From: a virus
Lineage: Duplodnaviria > Caudoviricetes
Virus record (IMG/VR): IMGVR_UViG_3300020045_014475
Location: 1 to 26,809 of that record
Length of the DNA stretch: 26,809 bases
Reading direction: 5' to 3' (one strand)
Shown: piece by piece, positions 1 to 9,527 of the stretch
Layout: the number at the start of each line of letters is the position of its first letter
How positions within the stretch are numbered: position 1 is the stretch's first letter
Notes under the pieces: model-generated
Told to the model about the DNA's origin: nothing
Seen by the model: only the letters and a program-made list of their open reading frames with translations
Databases searched by the model: none
Translations under genes and position numbers: made by a program

Positions 1-788
1 GGAAGTTCTTCAAACACACCTTCAGTTATAGCACCAGCAATGATTGATTTAGCAACTCCTTGAAGCCCTTCTTTCTTGGCAGGATTCAACCCAGATACTA
101 TCATAGTATCCACGTCAGCAAAACCAAGTTTCTTTGCTAACGATCCACCAACTGCTCCAAACACCGCTGTACCAACACCAGACAATGCTGCAAGTCCTGC
201 TTGCTTTGCAGTCAAAAGATCATCTGGAGTCTGGTTTCTTATTTGTTCAGCCGTTTGACCAGCTCCAATTGCACCTTCACCAACTGCCCCAGCTGCAATA
301 GCAGATCCTGTTTTACCTAAAGTAGCTATAGCTTTCGGAGCTAACCTGCTTCCAACTGTAAGAGCACCTTTACCTAATATCCCACCAGCAGCAACAGATG
401 GTAATGTTTCAACTATTCCATGTGCAATAGTGCTTGGATTTTCTAACATTGCTTGAGCAGTATTAACAAAGCCTTTCGCAGAATCAACTTTCCTATTAGC
501 ATCTTGCTGTGCTGGAGATAGTTCTGCTGACAAATCTTTCTGCCACTCTTCTGGCTTTATACCAATAGATTCAAATCCTTTACCAACTCTACCACCAGTT
601 GGAATATCAGCAAGACCTACGATTCCTTGTCCTGCTCCAACAACACCTTTAGCGAGAGATATTCCAACATCCTTTAAATTAGATCCTAAAGTACGTTCAT
701 ACTTTGGTTCGATTGGTTCCAAATCATCAAAAAAACTTTTTCCTACTGGCGAAGTAGTATTTTCTAAATCATCAAAAAATCCAGCCAT
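1..788 (-). CDS. Large internal virion/ejection protein, 5' part only (runs off the left edge; absent from the ORF track)
   Basis: ATG at 788 with AGGTG RBS. Translates as MAGFFDDLENTTSPVGKSFFDDLEPIEPKYERTLGSNLKDVGISLAKGVVGAGQGIVGLADIPTGGRVGK... Gly/Ala-rich amphipathic N-terminus, last gene of the structural operon, as in podovirus ejection/polyvalent proteins. Confidence 0.7.
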   Translation of the reverse strand, partial: MAGFFDDLENTTSPVGKSFFDDLEPIEPKYERTLGSNLKDVGISLAKGVVGAGQGIVGLADIPTGGRVGKGFESIGIKPEEWQKDLSAELSPAQQDANRKVDSAKGFVNTAQAMLENPSTIAHGIVETLPSVAAGGILGKGALTVGSRLAPKAIATLGKTGSAIAAGAVGEGAIGAGQTAEQIRNQTPDDLLTAKQAGLAALSGVGTAVFGAVGGSLAKKLGFADVDTMIVSGLNPAKKEGLQGVAKSIIAGAITEGVFEEL

Positions 789-830
789 TCATACACCTAT
801 AGTTTTTAAATTATTAATAAGGAAGATTTA

Positions 831-1988
831 TTAATACGGAAGATTTCCAAAAGTTGCTTTATATCTAGCTTCAGCTGCGGCAAGTCGAGGATCTTTAGAT
901 TGCTTCATTTTCTGTAATCCTTTTATAACATCTGCTTGTGATTCATCAAATTTTAATTGATTCTTTGGTTCTCCAGTTCTTTCATTATAAAGTTCATTTC
1001 CAACTACTTGACCTAGATCATTATATTTATCCCTTACTTTATATGAATCATCTAATTGTTTAGTTGGAGGATTTTGTGTCACCTGTCCTTGAATATTACG
1101 TAATGTATTTTGACCAGTAACATCCATTTCTTTTATACGATTTTCATCTTTAGCAATAACATTTTGATTTCTAGCAATGTTTTGCTGAGATTCTAACTGA
1201 GCCAATGTATTTTTACCAGATTGCCGATTTGCTAAAATTTGATCATTATATGCTTTTCTCTCTTGCCAACCCATATTAGGAGAATTTTCTTTTGTAAATA
1301 ATTCATATTCATTTGATTCTGAAACGATTGGGCTTGGCTGCCTATCTGACCATTGCTGAGCAGCCAGAGCTCTATTTTGCTGTGCAACTGGATCATTTCG
1401 TTCAAGATCAAATTGCTGATTCATTTGTTGAACTCTAGCAACTTCTTTTGCTGGTGTTCCATCAGGCATTGTCATCTGTATTCCACTACTAAGATTCCTC
1501 AATACATTTTGATCACCTTGATTTCCAGAAGGTACTATCCTACTTCCATCAGGATTATATCCACCCATTGTTCCTTGACTTCTTGCAGGCTGGGGAACTC
1601 CATTAACACTTCCATCAGAGTAAAGTGCAGCAGTCTTTCCTGTAGTTTCATTCCTAGCTACATTAGTAATTACTGGAAGAATTCTATTGGAACTTCTTTG
1701 ATCTTCAAATGCAGTTTTACGTGTATCAGGAATAATTTGAACTACTGGACTTTTAATATTTTGTAAATTTGTAGCATTTATTACCTCTGAACCATTTATT
1801 GGTTTATCTACATTAAGTGCCTGAGGTATTTCTTGCACTCCTGGAACATTAACACCTCCAAAAGATTTAAGCATCCTAGCTGAGCGTTCGTTAATTCTTC
1901 TTTGTTTTTCTTCTTCAGAAATAGAATCACTATAATTTTGTAAATATCTTCCAATAGGATTTTCTTTACTTAGTTCATTTACGGCCAT
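831..1988 (-). CDS. Putative internal virion (ejection/DNA-transfer) protein, 385 aa
   Basis: Q/N-rich, Cys-free, helical. TAATG coupling to the upstream gene. Lies between tail genes and the large ejection-type gene. Confidence 0.5.
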   Translation of the reverse strand: MAVNELSKENPIGRYLQNYSDSISEEEKQRRINERSARMLKSFGGVNVPGVQEIPQALNVDKPINGSEVINATNLQNIKSPVVQIIPDTRKTAFEDQRSSNRILPVITNVARNETTGKTAALYSDGSVNGVPQPARSQGTMGGYNPDGSRIVPSGNQGDQNVLRNLSSGIQMTMPDGTPAKEVARVQQMNQQFDLERNDPVAQQNRALAAQQWSDRQPSPIVSESNEYELFTKENSPNMGWQERKAYNDQILANRQSGKNTLAQLESQQNIARNQNVIAKDENRIKEMDVTGQNTLRNIQGQVTQNPPTKQLDDSYKVRDKYNDLGQVVGNELYNERTGEPKNQLKFDESQADVIKGLQKMKQSKDPRLAAAEARYKATFGNLPY

Positions 1989-2461
1989 TAGTTTCTCCTT
2001 CGAGCATGTGTTGAATAAACTGCATTAAGTGAATCAATTGCAAAGAATGATCCAGTTACATTTTCAAACTTAAGATCAGCATAAACAAATTTATTTCCTT
2101 CACCTCGATCAATTGAAAACATCTTAACTTGCTTAGTTTCATCGGTGTTATAATCAACATAGAACGGTCCATTAACACTATCATCATTTCCAGTTATTGT
2201 GAGCTTCATCTGGCCATCAAGTTCTCCACCTACATAAACTCTTCGGAAACGCTTTGGATGATCATCATTAAAATCAACTGTATATGGAATAAAATAAGCA
2301 TTTATATCTACTCCGTTATCATCGTCACCAATATTTAACTTATGTACTCCAGCTGTACCTGCCCCCAATACAACTCCATTAAAAACACAGTATGAAGTAA
2401 AATCAAAACTTGCATATTGCGTTGAAGCTCCATTAATAATATTTGTTCTAACCGTTGACAT
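1988..2461 (-). CDS. Tail protein resembling the C-terminal domain of podovirus nozzle/stabilisation proteins, 157 aa
   Basis: GGAG RBS. Pattern 'YTVDFNDDHPKRFRRVYV...YADLKFENVTGSFFAIDSL' recalls nozzle C-termini (recognition only). Confidence 0.5.
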   Translation of the reverse strand: MSTVRTNIINGASTQYASFDFTSYCVFNGVVLGAGTAGVHKLNIGDDDNGVDINAYFIPYTVDFNDDHPKRFRRVYVGGELDGQMKLTITGNDDSVNGPFYVDYNTDETKQVKMFSIDRGEGNKFVYADLKFENVTGSFFAIDSLNAVYSTHARRRN

Positions 2462-2480
2462 TTAACTCTCCATTTTATTA

Positions 2481-4013
2481 CTAAACAATCTGTGCTTCAC
2501 GTATATCATAAGGAATAAAAACAATCCTAAGTTCAAGTGATAATGTGGATATACTGTCAGCAGTCTTTAATGCAAAATATCTATCTGCAAGCCATTGATT
2601 TAAGTTCGTTGTAAAGATGCCAACTGTAGGAGTATAGTCATGTTGTACATCCCCAAAAGAAGAAAACGCACTATCAAGCATAATAAGTTGAACTAAAGAA
2701 AATGAAAAGAACATCGTTCCAATACTTTCAAAAATAATCTCAGATCCATCAGGCCCATCTGGACTCGTTCTTGAAAATACTAAAGTAACATCATTTATAC
2801 GGGCAGTTATTGTGTAATTAGTTGTATATGTAAGAGGAAGTGATGTACCAGACATTTCATATGTGCCAATAATCGAAACATTGAAAATATCTTTTCTAAT
2901 ACGTGAATCCCAAGTTATTTCTCTTTTACCTGCGATGATACTAGCATCTGGAAAACCTGTAACTTCTGAATAAATAAGTACACTGCTTGGAATAGTCTCA
3001 GTTACAGTATAACGATCCAGATAATAAACTCCAGAACATCCACCAGTACCAATATGTTCAAAAGTCCCATCTTCTGCTCCACAAGCAGTATGGGCTAAGA
3101 AATAATCTAATACAGTATGAGAAGTTCCAGAACACACAACTGTAGATATATCTCTATCATCAACTATCCAAGAAACTAAAACATCGTCGTCATCTCTAAC
3201 TACAGGCAAACAAGTACATCCTCCTTGATACATATATCCTGTTGCTTCATAATTAGGACTATCAGGAAACATCGGAACATGACAATAGGATCTTGTATAG
3301 TTAATACTGAAATATTCTTCAATACCTCCATCGAAGAAATGATCATAATCATCAGGATCAATACTTTCTGCCGTAACAAATGCATCATAAGCATCATTTG
3401 GAATTTCAGCACTTGCATCAGTAGCAAAATCGAATAAAGAACAAGTATATGTTGAAACACCAAGTTTTTCTTTAAGCAGTAAATATGGCTTAAATGATGG
3501 TGGGGCTTGAGTTCTTCTGTCTGCTAAATAAGCTGGATCATAAACTCCATTATCTATGACACTAATTACAGCAGTAACATGAGTTATATTACTTTCATCA
3601 ATATAAGTTATCACAAGAACTCTTGGATCTCTTGATTCTGCAAGAAAACTTCCTGGGGGAGTCACTCCGATCTTTGGCTTAATATTACTGTGATAAACAT
3701 CTGCTTTCAGCGTAAATAAATTAGCTGCGCGAGCAAAATATCCTGAAGCCACACTAAGTTCAGTTTCAGTAAGTTTGTTTGCTCTACAACCATAATCAGT
3801 ATGAATCCAGACTGGCACATCTGTGTAAGTATTTCCATCATACAGCACATCAACAGTGTTATCAGTTATGCTTGCAATATTTGTTACAACTGCTTCTTTG
3901 ACACACCCATTCAACATTGCAACATCAAGTTCTGCACTTGCTAAATACGGATAAGACCTGAAAACATTCTCAATTACTATTCCAGGAAACTGCGGTTTTA
4001 TGATTTCAACCAT
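2481..4013 (-). CDS. Putative tail/receptor-binding protein, ~510 aa
   Basis: The ORF track starts it at 4055, but ATG 4013 (MVEIIK) has an AGGA RBS and only a short overlap with the upstream gene. Beta-rich and acidic, with an OB-fold-like N-terminal segment. Confidence 0.5.
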   Translation of the reverse strand: MVEIIKPQFPGIVIENVFRSYPYLASAELDVAMLNGCVKEAVVTNIASITDNTVDVLYDGNTYTDVPVWIHTDYGCRANKLTETELSVASGYFARAANLFTLKADVYHSNIKPKIGVTPPGSFLAESRDPRVLVITYIDESNITHVTAVISVIDNGVYDPAYLADRRTQAPPSFKPYLLLKEKLGVSTYTCSLFDFATDASAEIPNDAYDAFVTAESIDPDDYDHFFDGGIEEYFSINYTRSYCHVPMFPDSPNYEATGYMYQGGCTCLPVVRDDDDVLVSWIVDDRDISTVVCSGTSHTVLDYFLAHTACGAEDGTFEHIGTGGCSGVYYLDRYTVTETIPSSVLIYSEVTGFPDASIIAGKREITWDSRIRKDIFNVSIIGTYEMSGTSLPLTYTTNYTITARINDVTLVFSRTSPDGPDGSEIIFESIGTMFFSFSLVQLIMLDSAFSSFGDVQHDYTPTVGIFTTNLNQWLADRYFALKTADSISTLSLELRIVFIPYDIREAQIV

Positions 4014-4621
4014 GCCGGCATTCCTACCATATGAACAGGATATATTGAAAAACACATTGGGACAAGTTTATCAGTATCCATAAGAGCTGAAAATAAACAA
4101 GCATTATTTATACAGCAATTAGGAATCGGGTCACTTGCGAGTAATACATCAATACCAACTAATACTCGTTGTCCTACATAATATTCTTCCCAGGCTGCTG
4201 CTTTAATCTCATGATTTTCTAGGATTATATATTTATTTCCAACACAAACAGCACAATCATATTCAAATCTTATTCCATCTCTATATTCCTCTTCAGTAGG
4301 AACTGTTCTGATTACCATTATTTGCCCCATTGAAAAGCATGGAAAGCATGGGCAGATTTGATTTTCTTTCTTAATAACTTCTTCTTCTGATATTGGATTA
4401 TCAATCACTGAAGATATCTTAATCCAGGATTGTTCTTTACCAAGCCAGTAATCATGACTCGACCAACATTCAACAAGCACTCCAGGTATAGGATTTTCTT
4501 TCCTATACCCTTGATTGAGCTTCTGAAACGACATTAAGTTTCTCAATATCCTAAGCTGATCTCTAGCAAACCCGATGAAAGATTTGCCAGCCTCATCAGA
4601 TATTATTGTTGTAGGAATCAT
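3998..4621 (-). CDS. Cys-rich tail-region protein, 207 aa
   Basis: ATGA overlap with the upstream gene. CPCFPC and CCINNAC motifs. Lies within the tail module. Confidence 0.55.
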   Translation of the reverse strand: MIPTTIISDEAGKSFIGFARDQLRILRNLMSFQKLNQGYRKENPIPGVLVECWSSHDYWLGKEQSWIKISSVIDNPISEEEVIKKENQICPCFPCFSMGQIMVIRTVPTEEEYRDGIRFEYDCAVCVGNKYIILENHEIKAAAWEEYYVGQRVLVGIDVLLASDPIPNCCINNACLFSALMDTDKLVPMCFSIYPVHMVGMPAWLKS

Positions 4622-5610
4622 ACTGGATCATGTTGAATCTGATGATTTTCAGAAATATTTGCATCACGTCCATAAGACGCCCCTCTAGATTCCCCATGCT
4701 GTGTACTTTCAGATTTCTGAAATCCAGTTTGGTGACTCAATGAAGCTGTCATATTCGTAGCTCCATAAAGTGACGCTGCATGCTGCATAGCAATATTCGC
4801 CATGCCACTAATAATCCTTTCACGTAATGCAGCAAGTGCTGTATATCCTCCAAGTTTTGATTCACCTTCAGCGATAGCTGCTCGAATATACATATCAGCA
4901 TTTTTTACTTCAACTTCAAACTGATCAATTATAACTTTATTTTTTTCACTTTGCGCTCTTGAACGTTCAGTAAATATCTTTGTTTCATTGTCAAGAAGAA
5001 CTGCTACAATATCTTTTGCTACAGTAATTACAAATTGACTATTCTTCTGAGCTAGTTCTGAACTTTGAATAAGAATCTTATCATTTAAATCATCCCTACT
5101 GTCAGACCGCTTGTTAAGATGTTCTTGAAGTTTAGCAGTTAATGCCCCAGTAGGAAGATCAAATCCACGAGATGAAAAAAATTCTTCTATCTCAGTTTGT
5201 TCAGCAGCCTCAACAACTGTTAACCTTGCATCGGCCCTATCCCATATTGCCTGTTCAACTGTTGCTGAAAGTCCTGTAGCACCGTTTGTAATATCTGCAT
5301 TAAGCCTTACCAACAATGCAGCAAACAATCCAGCATCTGAAGGTACAGTCGGAGCTGTAATAGTTGTCGAATCAAGCGTAGGTGATGTTAAGATTGGAAC
5401 TATAATATCATCTACATCAATTTCATCAATTGCAGTTTGCCATGTCTCCAAATATCCAAGCAACAATACTCGCATTTCCTCAGCATCAGCCATTGTTGTA
5501 GTATATTTATCTTCAACAAGTCCAAGCGCTGTTGCACCAATTCCATCAGAAATAACTGGTGTTCCCCATTCAAAAGGAGGGTCAGCAAAATCTGGTACGT
5601 AAGTTCCCAT
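4618..5610 (-). CDS. Virion protein with long coiled coil and His/Ser-rich C-terminus (tail needle- or ejection-like), 330 aa
   Basis: GGAG RBS. Helical middle region ('VEQAIWDRADAR...FFSSRGFDLP'). Alternating C-terminus ending ...ENHQIQHDPV. Confidence 0.5.
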   Translation of the reverse strand: MGTYVPDFADPPFEWGTPVISDGIGATALGLVEDKYTTTMADAEEMRVLLLGYLETWQTAIDEIDVDDIIVPILTSPTLDSTTITAPTVPSDAGLFAALLVRLNADITNGATGLSATVEQAIWDRADARLTVVEAAEQTEIEEFFSSRGFDLPTGALTAKLQEHLNKRSDSRDDLNDKILIQSSELAQKNSQFVITVAKDIVAVLLDNETKIFTERSRAQSEKNKVIIDQFEVEVKNADMYIRAAIAEGESKLGGYTALAALRERIISGMANIAMQHAASLYGATNMTASLSHQTGFQKSESTQHGESRGASYGRDANISENHQIQHDPV

Positions 5611-5644
5611 TATAATACTCCATTAATGATAATAACAAAAATCT

Positions 5645-6916
5645 TTATAATCGACTTTGCCAATCTCTTCGATACTTGATGATTTCTTCTGTTTGCTGAA
5701 TATGCAAGCCACTATTTATATGACTCTTTGGCCTTATTAAACTTCCAAAAAATATTGTAATACTATTAAGTGCAGAAGTAATAACTGGTTTTCGTGCAAC
5801 AACATCACCACTTAAAGACATAGGCACAGAAATAGTACTTGCTACAATAGGTAATGTGGCTATAATACTGGCATCCCATGGAAATTCGGAGTTTAATACA
5901 ACTTTCGGTGCAATTATATTTCCCCAGAAAATCCTAGGACAAGATATTGAGGCACTTAAATCAATCTTAGTAGGTTTTATTCTTCCCCAATAACTAATTG
6001 GAGTTTCAAAAGTACTTGCTATTATAGGCCGTTTTGAGTTTAAACTTGTATATATTGGATTCCCTAGAGATGAGGCAATTCCAACTAATGGTGCATTTAT
6101 AGTACCATAAAAAGGTAATACGAAAGTACTAAAAACACTAGCTAATGGTGCAATTAAATCTCCACCAAGCATTAAAGGAGTATAAAATTCAGACTCTACA
6201 CTAACTAAAGGAGGTTCTACACTGGAAGAAAATTCAGATGGCCCATTTGCATAAGGTGTGTTAGGAGGAGTAAAAGCACCATCATACCTAGCAATATCAG
6301 AAAAAACAATCTGATCTAAATATCCAGTATATGTATCAGATGTTGTCCCACCAAATGAACATCCTATAGCAAGATCTATATCTCCTGAATCGCAAGTGAA
6401 ATCAAATTCTAATACTCCAGAATATTGTTGTTGAACAACTCCACCAGTGTATAAAGTAATCTCACCATCAACGCGCTCTACACAAATATGATAAGCATTT
6501 CCATGTGTAACAGTATCTTCGAGAATAATCTGATCATACGTACTATTTACATTAGCTGTCAGTAGTGCTCGAAGAGTTCCATTATAATACGTAACTGTTA
6601 TTTGTGCATCCCCTGTAGGATAAAATGCATCAAATAATACTCCAAATGAAGTTGTTGTGGGTTTAATTAAAAACTCTAACGAAAAATCTCCAATACCAAC
6701 AATTAATGGAGTTATTATTGATGTAGATAAATAAGCTCCTGCAGATCCAGGAAAGTATATTGAAGTTGGAGAATAGAAATAATAATCCACCTCATGAGCA
6801 ACACCACTACCACCTACAATAGTAAGAGCTGCTACTGATGTATCATAAAAATCTGTATTACCATCTGTTGAATTAGAGACAATACAGAGTTTTACATTAG
6901 AGTCTATTCCAGGCAT
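5645..6916 (-). CDS. Tail fibre-like protein: N-terminal LamG/concanavalin A-like domain plus C-terminal ~20-aa repeats, 423 aa
   Basis: 'GDFSLEFLIKP', 'YHICVERVDGEITLYTGG' and 'YTGYLDQIVFSDIARYDGAFTPP' are the typical LamG-like signature. About nine G-x-I-x-A-P-x-x-x-I-x-S repeats follow. Confidence 0.7.
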   Translation of the reverse strand: MPGIDSNVKLCIVSNSTDGNTDFYDTSVAALTIVGGSGVAHEVDYYFYSPTSIYFPGSAGAYLSTSIITPLIVGIGDFSLEFLIKPTTTSFGVLFDAFYPTGDAQITVTYYNGTLRALLTANVNSTYDQIILEDTVTHGNAYHICVERVDGEITLYTGGVVQQQYSGVLEFDFTCDSGDIDLAIGCSFGGTTSDTYTGYLDQIVFSDIARYDGAFTPPNTPYANGPSEFSSSVEPPLVSVESEFYTPLMLGGDLIAPLASVFSTFVLPFYGTINAPLVGIASSLGNPIYTSLNSKRPIIASTFETPISYWGRIKPTKIDLSASISCPRIFWGNIIAPKVVLNSEFPWDASIIATLPIVASTISVPMSLSGDVVARKPVITSALNSITIFFGSLIRPKSHINSGLHIQQTEEIIKYRRDWQSRL

Positions 6917-6922
6917 AGCTGA

Positions 6923-7396
6923 TTATGCTTTCGGCTGAGTATAAGTGAATGTATTTATTACAAATTCCACATCTTCAACAATAACAACATTCGATCCCTG
7001 CATCTCAAAACTTGCACTCCCACCGATAGCACCATCAACTCGAACAGCAGTTGTACTAATTCCAGTAGTCATTGCATTATCATACCATCTAAACCATCCA
7101 GCAGTAGTTCCAGTACTAGCAGCAGCTAATCCTACACCACTCCAAACTTCTGCAGCTGCCTTAGAAAGAACTCCAGCTGCAGAAGTTCCCATCTCAAGTC
7201 CGTTTGTGGCAACTCCAGGAGTAAATGCACCACTTGCAAGCGTAACTAATCCAAGTAAATCACCAGTCTCAGCAGCGTCAGCAGTAGCAGGTTGAGAACC
7301 AGAATAAAGCGCTATAATCCCATTAACCATTACAGCTTTTACTGAACCAGTTTGATTTACTGCATCTACAAATCCTGTTGAAAGTCTTTCAGCCAT
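6923..7396 (-). CDS. Virion structural protein (fibre adaptor-like), 157 aa
   Basis: AGGTGA RBS. 'IALYSGSQPATADAA...GTTAGWFRW...RVDGAIG' pattern is common in phage tail modules. Confidence 0.6.
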   Translation of the reverse strand: MAERLSTGFVDAVNQTGSVKAVMVNGIIALYSGSQPATADAAETGDLLGLVTLASGAFTPGVATNGLEMGTSAAGVLSKAAAEVWSGVGLAAASTGTTAGWFRWYDNAMTTGISTTAVRVDGAIGGSASFEMQGSNVVIVEDVEFVINTFTYTQPKA

Positions 7397-7408
7397 TTTA
7401 AATCACCT

Positions 7409-8329
7409 TTAGTAAACTGAGTTAATAATAATATCTTCAAATATTACACTAGCACCAGAAGTGCCATTTGGATAATACATTTTATCTTCCGTAAAATTAT
7501 GAATATTTCCAACTTCATCACCAACCATAAGTCCTTCATCACAACTCCATATAGCAGACAAACCAGGTATCTTATATGGTGATTTTGTAAAACTCTTTAA
7601 TGAAGCACATTGCGACCATTCATGTGCAGGCATATCAAGTTTCTTTTCAAACTTCATATTTTCAAACTTATCTTCAAATCTAATGAAACCTGTTTTAGTA
7701 GAATCCGATACCCAAACACCATTCTCTACTGGCATCATCATAAGGACGTTGGTAGAGAATTGAAAGAACCTAGCTGATATTCTATACTTACCAAATGCAA
7801 AAGGCTCAGATACCCATATAACATTATCTTGAGCTACCCACATCCTACCTTTGAACACACAAATATGAGTGCCTATAGGAGCTGGATAATATTCTGCAAC
7901 TGACTGAACACCAACATGAGTATATCCTGGAAATGTTCCAGCAATTCCACTTACTAAAACTCCTTTCTGAAAACCATTCATGTAAAAGGTTTTCTCACCA
8001 ACTTGCCAGAAAGAAACCTTAGCTGCTTTAGTTAATCCAGTTACCCTAGAAGTCAATGCAAAGTTAGTTCCGATTTGATAAATAACAGAATCTGAAGTAC
8101 GATCCTGAACAACAAAGCAGTAATTTCCAGAACAAAATAATGAGTGTGAAGCATTTGCTGAAATTGATATCCTGCCAGATCTTCGTGACAACATTCCGCT
8201 ATCATCAATATCACAATTAATTGCCTCAGCTAGAAAGCCAACGCCAGTTTCAGGATTATATGGATGCCTCAAAGGATCAATCTTATTGTTAATCCCTAAG
8301 GCACCTTTAAGTATAATTGATTCAGCCAT
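7409..8329 (-). CDS. Nozzle/tail tubular protein B-like beta-propeller protein, 306 aa
   Basis: 'GINN...LAEAINCDIDDSGMLSRRSG' N-terminus and 'FKGRMWVA..NVIWVSEPF' blades. Directly follows the adaptor. Confidence 0.6.
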   Translation of the reverse strand: MAESIILKGALGINNKIDPLRHPYNPETGVGFLAEAINCDIDDSGMLSRRSGRISISANASHSLFCSGNYCFVVQDRTSDSVIYQIGTNFALTSRVTGLTKAAKVSFWQVGEKTFYMNGFQKGVLVSGIAGTFPGYTHVGVQSVAEYYPAPIGTHICVFKGRMWVAQDNVIWVSEPFAFGKYRISARFFQFSTNVLMMMPVENGVWVSDSTKTGFIRFEDKFENMKFEKKLDMPAHEWSQCASLKSFTKSPYKIPGLSAIWSCDEGLMVGDEVGNIHNFTEDKMYYPNGTSGASVIFEDIIINSVY

Positions 8330-8337
8330 AATAATAT

Positions 8338-9252
8338 TTACCTAAGCGTTAATCCACGAACATACGATGGCAGTGAAAGTTCAAAAGTTCTCATGGCTTC
8401 AAGAAAAAGATTCTTAAACTTAATCGTATTTGGTGTTTCTCCTTCGATGCCGTCTTCAAGATATTCATAAGATTTCCATGCAGCAAAATTCACAAGCAGT
8501 GGAATTTGCAAATGATCTGGTATTCCATCAGGCGTATCAGCAGCAACAACCATTGCAACCGGCTTACGATAATAATGCAAAGTTACTACTTCTGCACTTG
8601 TTGGAATTCCTTGGTAATAAAACTTTCTTCCATGTTCAATTACTTCAGAAATCCTACCTGATTTATTAAGCAATGGATAAGTTTCTGCAAACTCTATGAA
8701 CGAATCAGCAATGTCGATTTCACTTCCAGTTGAAGCTGCAACGAACTGTAAGTCTCTATGAAAATTAACTGGCATATTTACATATGCAGCAGTAATAGAT
8801 GTTGTAATCGTACCTATTGTAAATAAATTTGGTAATGGAGGAGTCAATGTATTTGGTAAAGGATTTGCAATTCCATCTAACAATGATGGCATACCACCAG
8901 CAATTTCAAAAATTCCCTGATTAATAAAATCTCCAAAAGAGTTCGCTAACGAAGCATCATCAACAAGCAAACTAACTTTATCTATCAATTCTTCAAATGT
9001 ATACCCAGAAGATGTAACTGCATCATCTGCATAAAATATCTGAAGTGTATCTCCATCAGACATAGATGCTGTATCATATGCTAATGTAAGAACTTGCCCA
9101 ACAAGGGTACCTGTAGTTACTGCAGAAATTGAATTATAAATAGTAATTTCATCAATACTATTTATTATAACTTCTAAATGATCTGCAACTACAGTATCAG
9201 TAAAAGTTATAGTTTTTTCACTTGCATCAAAAACATAATCAGTTCTAAGCAT
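8338..9252 (-). CDS. Head-tail adaptor protein with an extra N-terminal beta domain, 304 aa
   Basis: From about residue 84, 'TFEELIDKV..FINQG...LHYYRKP..PDGIPDHLQIPLLVNFAAWKSY' is the adaptor/tail tubular A pattern. The first ~80 aa ('YVFDASEKTITF') look like a separate domain. Confidence 0.65.
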   Translation of the reverse strand: MLRTDYVFDASEKTITFTDTVVADHLEVIINSIDEITIYNSISAVTTGTLVGQVLTLAYDTASMSDGDTLQIFYADDAVTSSGYTFEELIDKVSLLVDDASLANSFGDFINQGIFEIAGGMPSLLDGIANPLPNTLTPPLPNLFTIGTITTSITAAYVNMPVNFHRDLQFVAASTGSEIDIADSFIEFAETYPLLNKSGRISEVIEHGRKFYYQGIPTSAEVVTLHYYRKPVAMVVAADTPDGIPDHLQIPLLVNFAAWKSYEYLEDGIEGETPNTIKFKNLFLEAMRTFELSLPSYVRGLTLR

Positions 9253-9266
9253 TAATATTCTCCAAT

Positions 9267-9506
9267 TTATAAATCATCTTGAGTTATAAATTCAGTTATG
9301 AAAACTTCAGTTGGTTCTGGCCTATGGACTGGAACACTCTGCTTTTCACCTAACGGTTTCGGATCAGTATAATGTGGATGCTTTTCTTCCCAACAAGTAT
9401 CAGCACAAACAAATAGTTTATCCCAAGTCATCCTACAATCAGAGGCAAATCGTTGAAATCCACATTGATCACATATGACTAAATAATCACCAGGTCGATA
9501 TGACAT
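9267..9506 (-). CDS. Small Zn-finger protein of phage head-tail modules, 79 aa
   Basis: CDQCG...VCADTCWEEKHP...RPEP motif, immediately upstream of the adaptor. Confidence 0.7.
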   Translation of the reverse strand: MSYRPGDYLVICDQCGFQRFASDCRMTWDKLFVCADTCWEEKHPHYTDPKPLGEKQSVPVHRPEPTEVFITEFITQDDL

Positions 9507-9527
9507 TATTTAACTCATTAAATTAAA

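Noticed and set aside
76-258. 60-aa plus-strand ORF
   Set aside because: It is antisense to the truncated minus-strand gene starting at 788.
2481-6916. Diversity-generating retroelement targeting tail genes
   Set aside because: No reverse transcriptase and no template/variable repeat pair were seen in the window.
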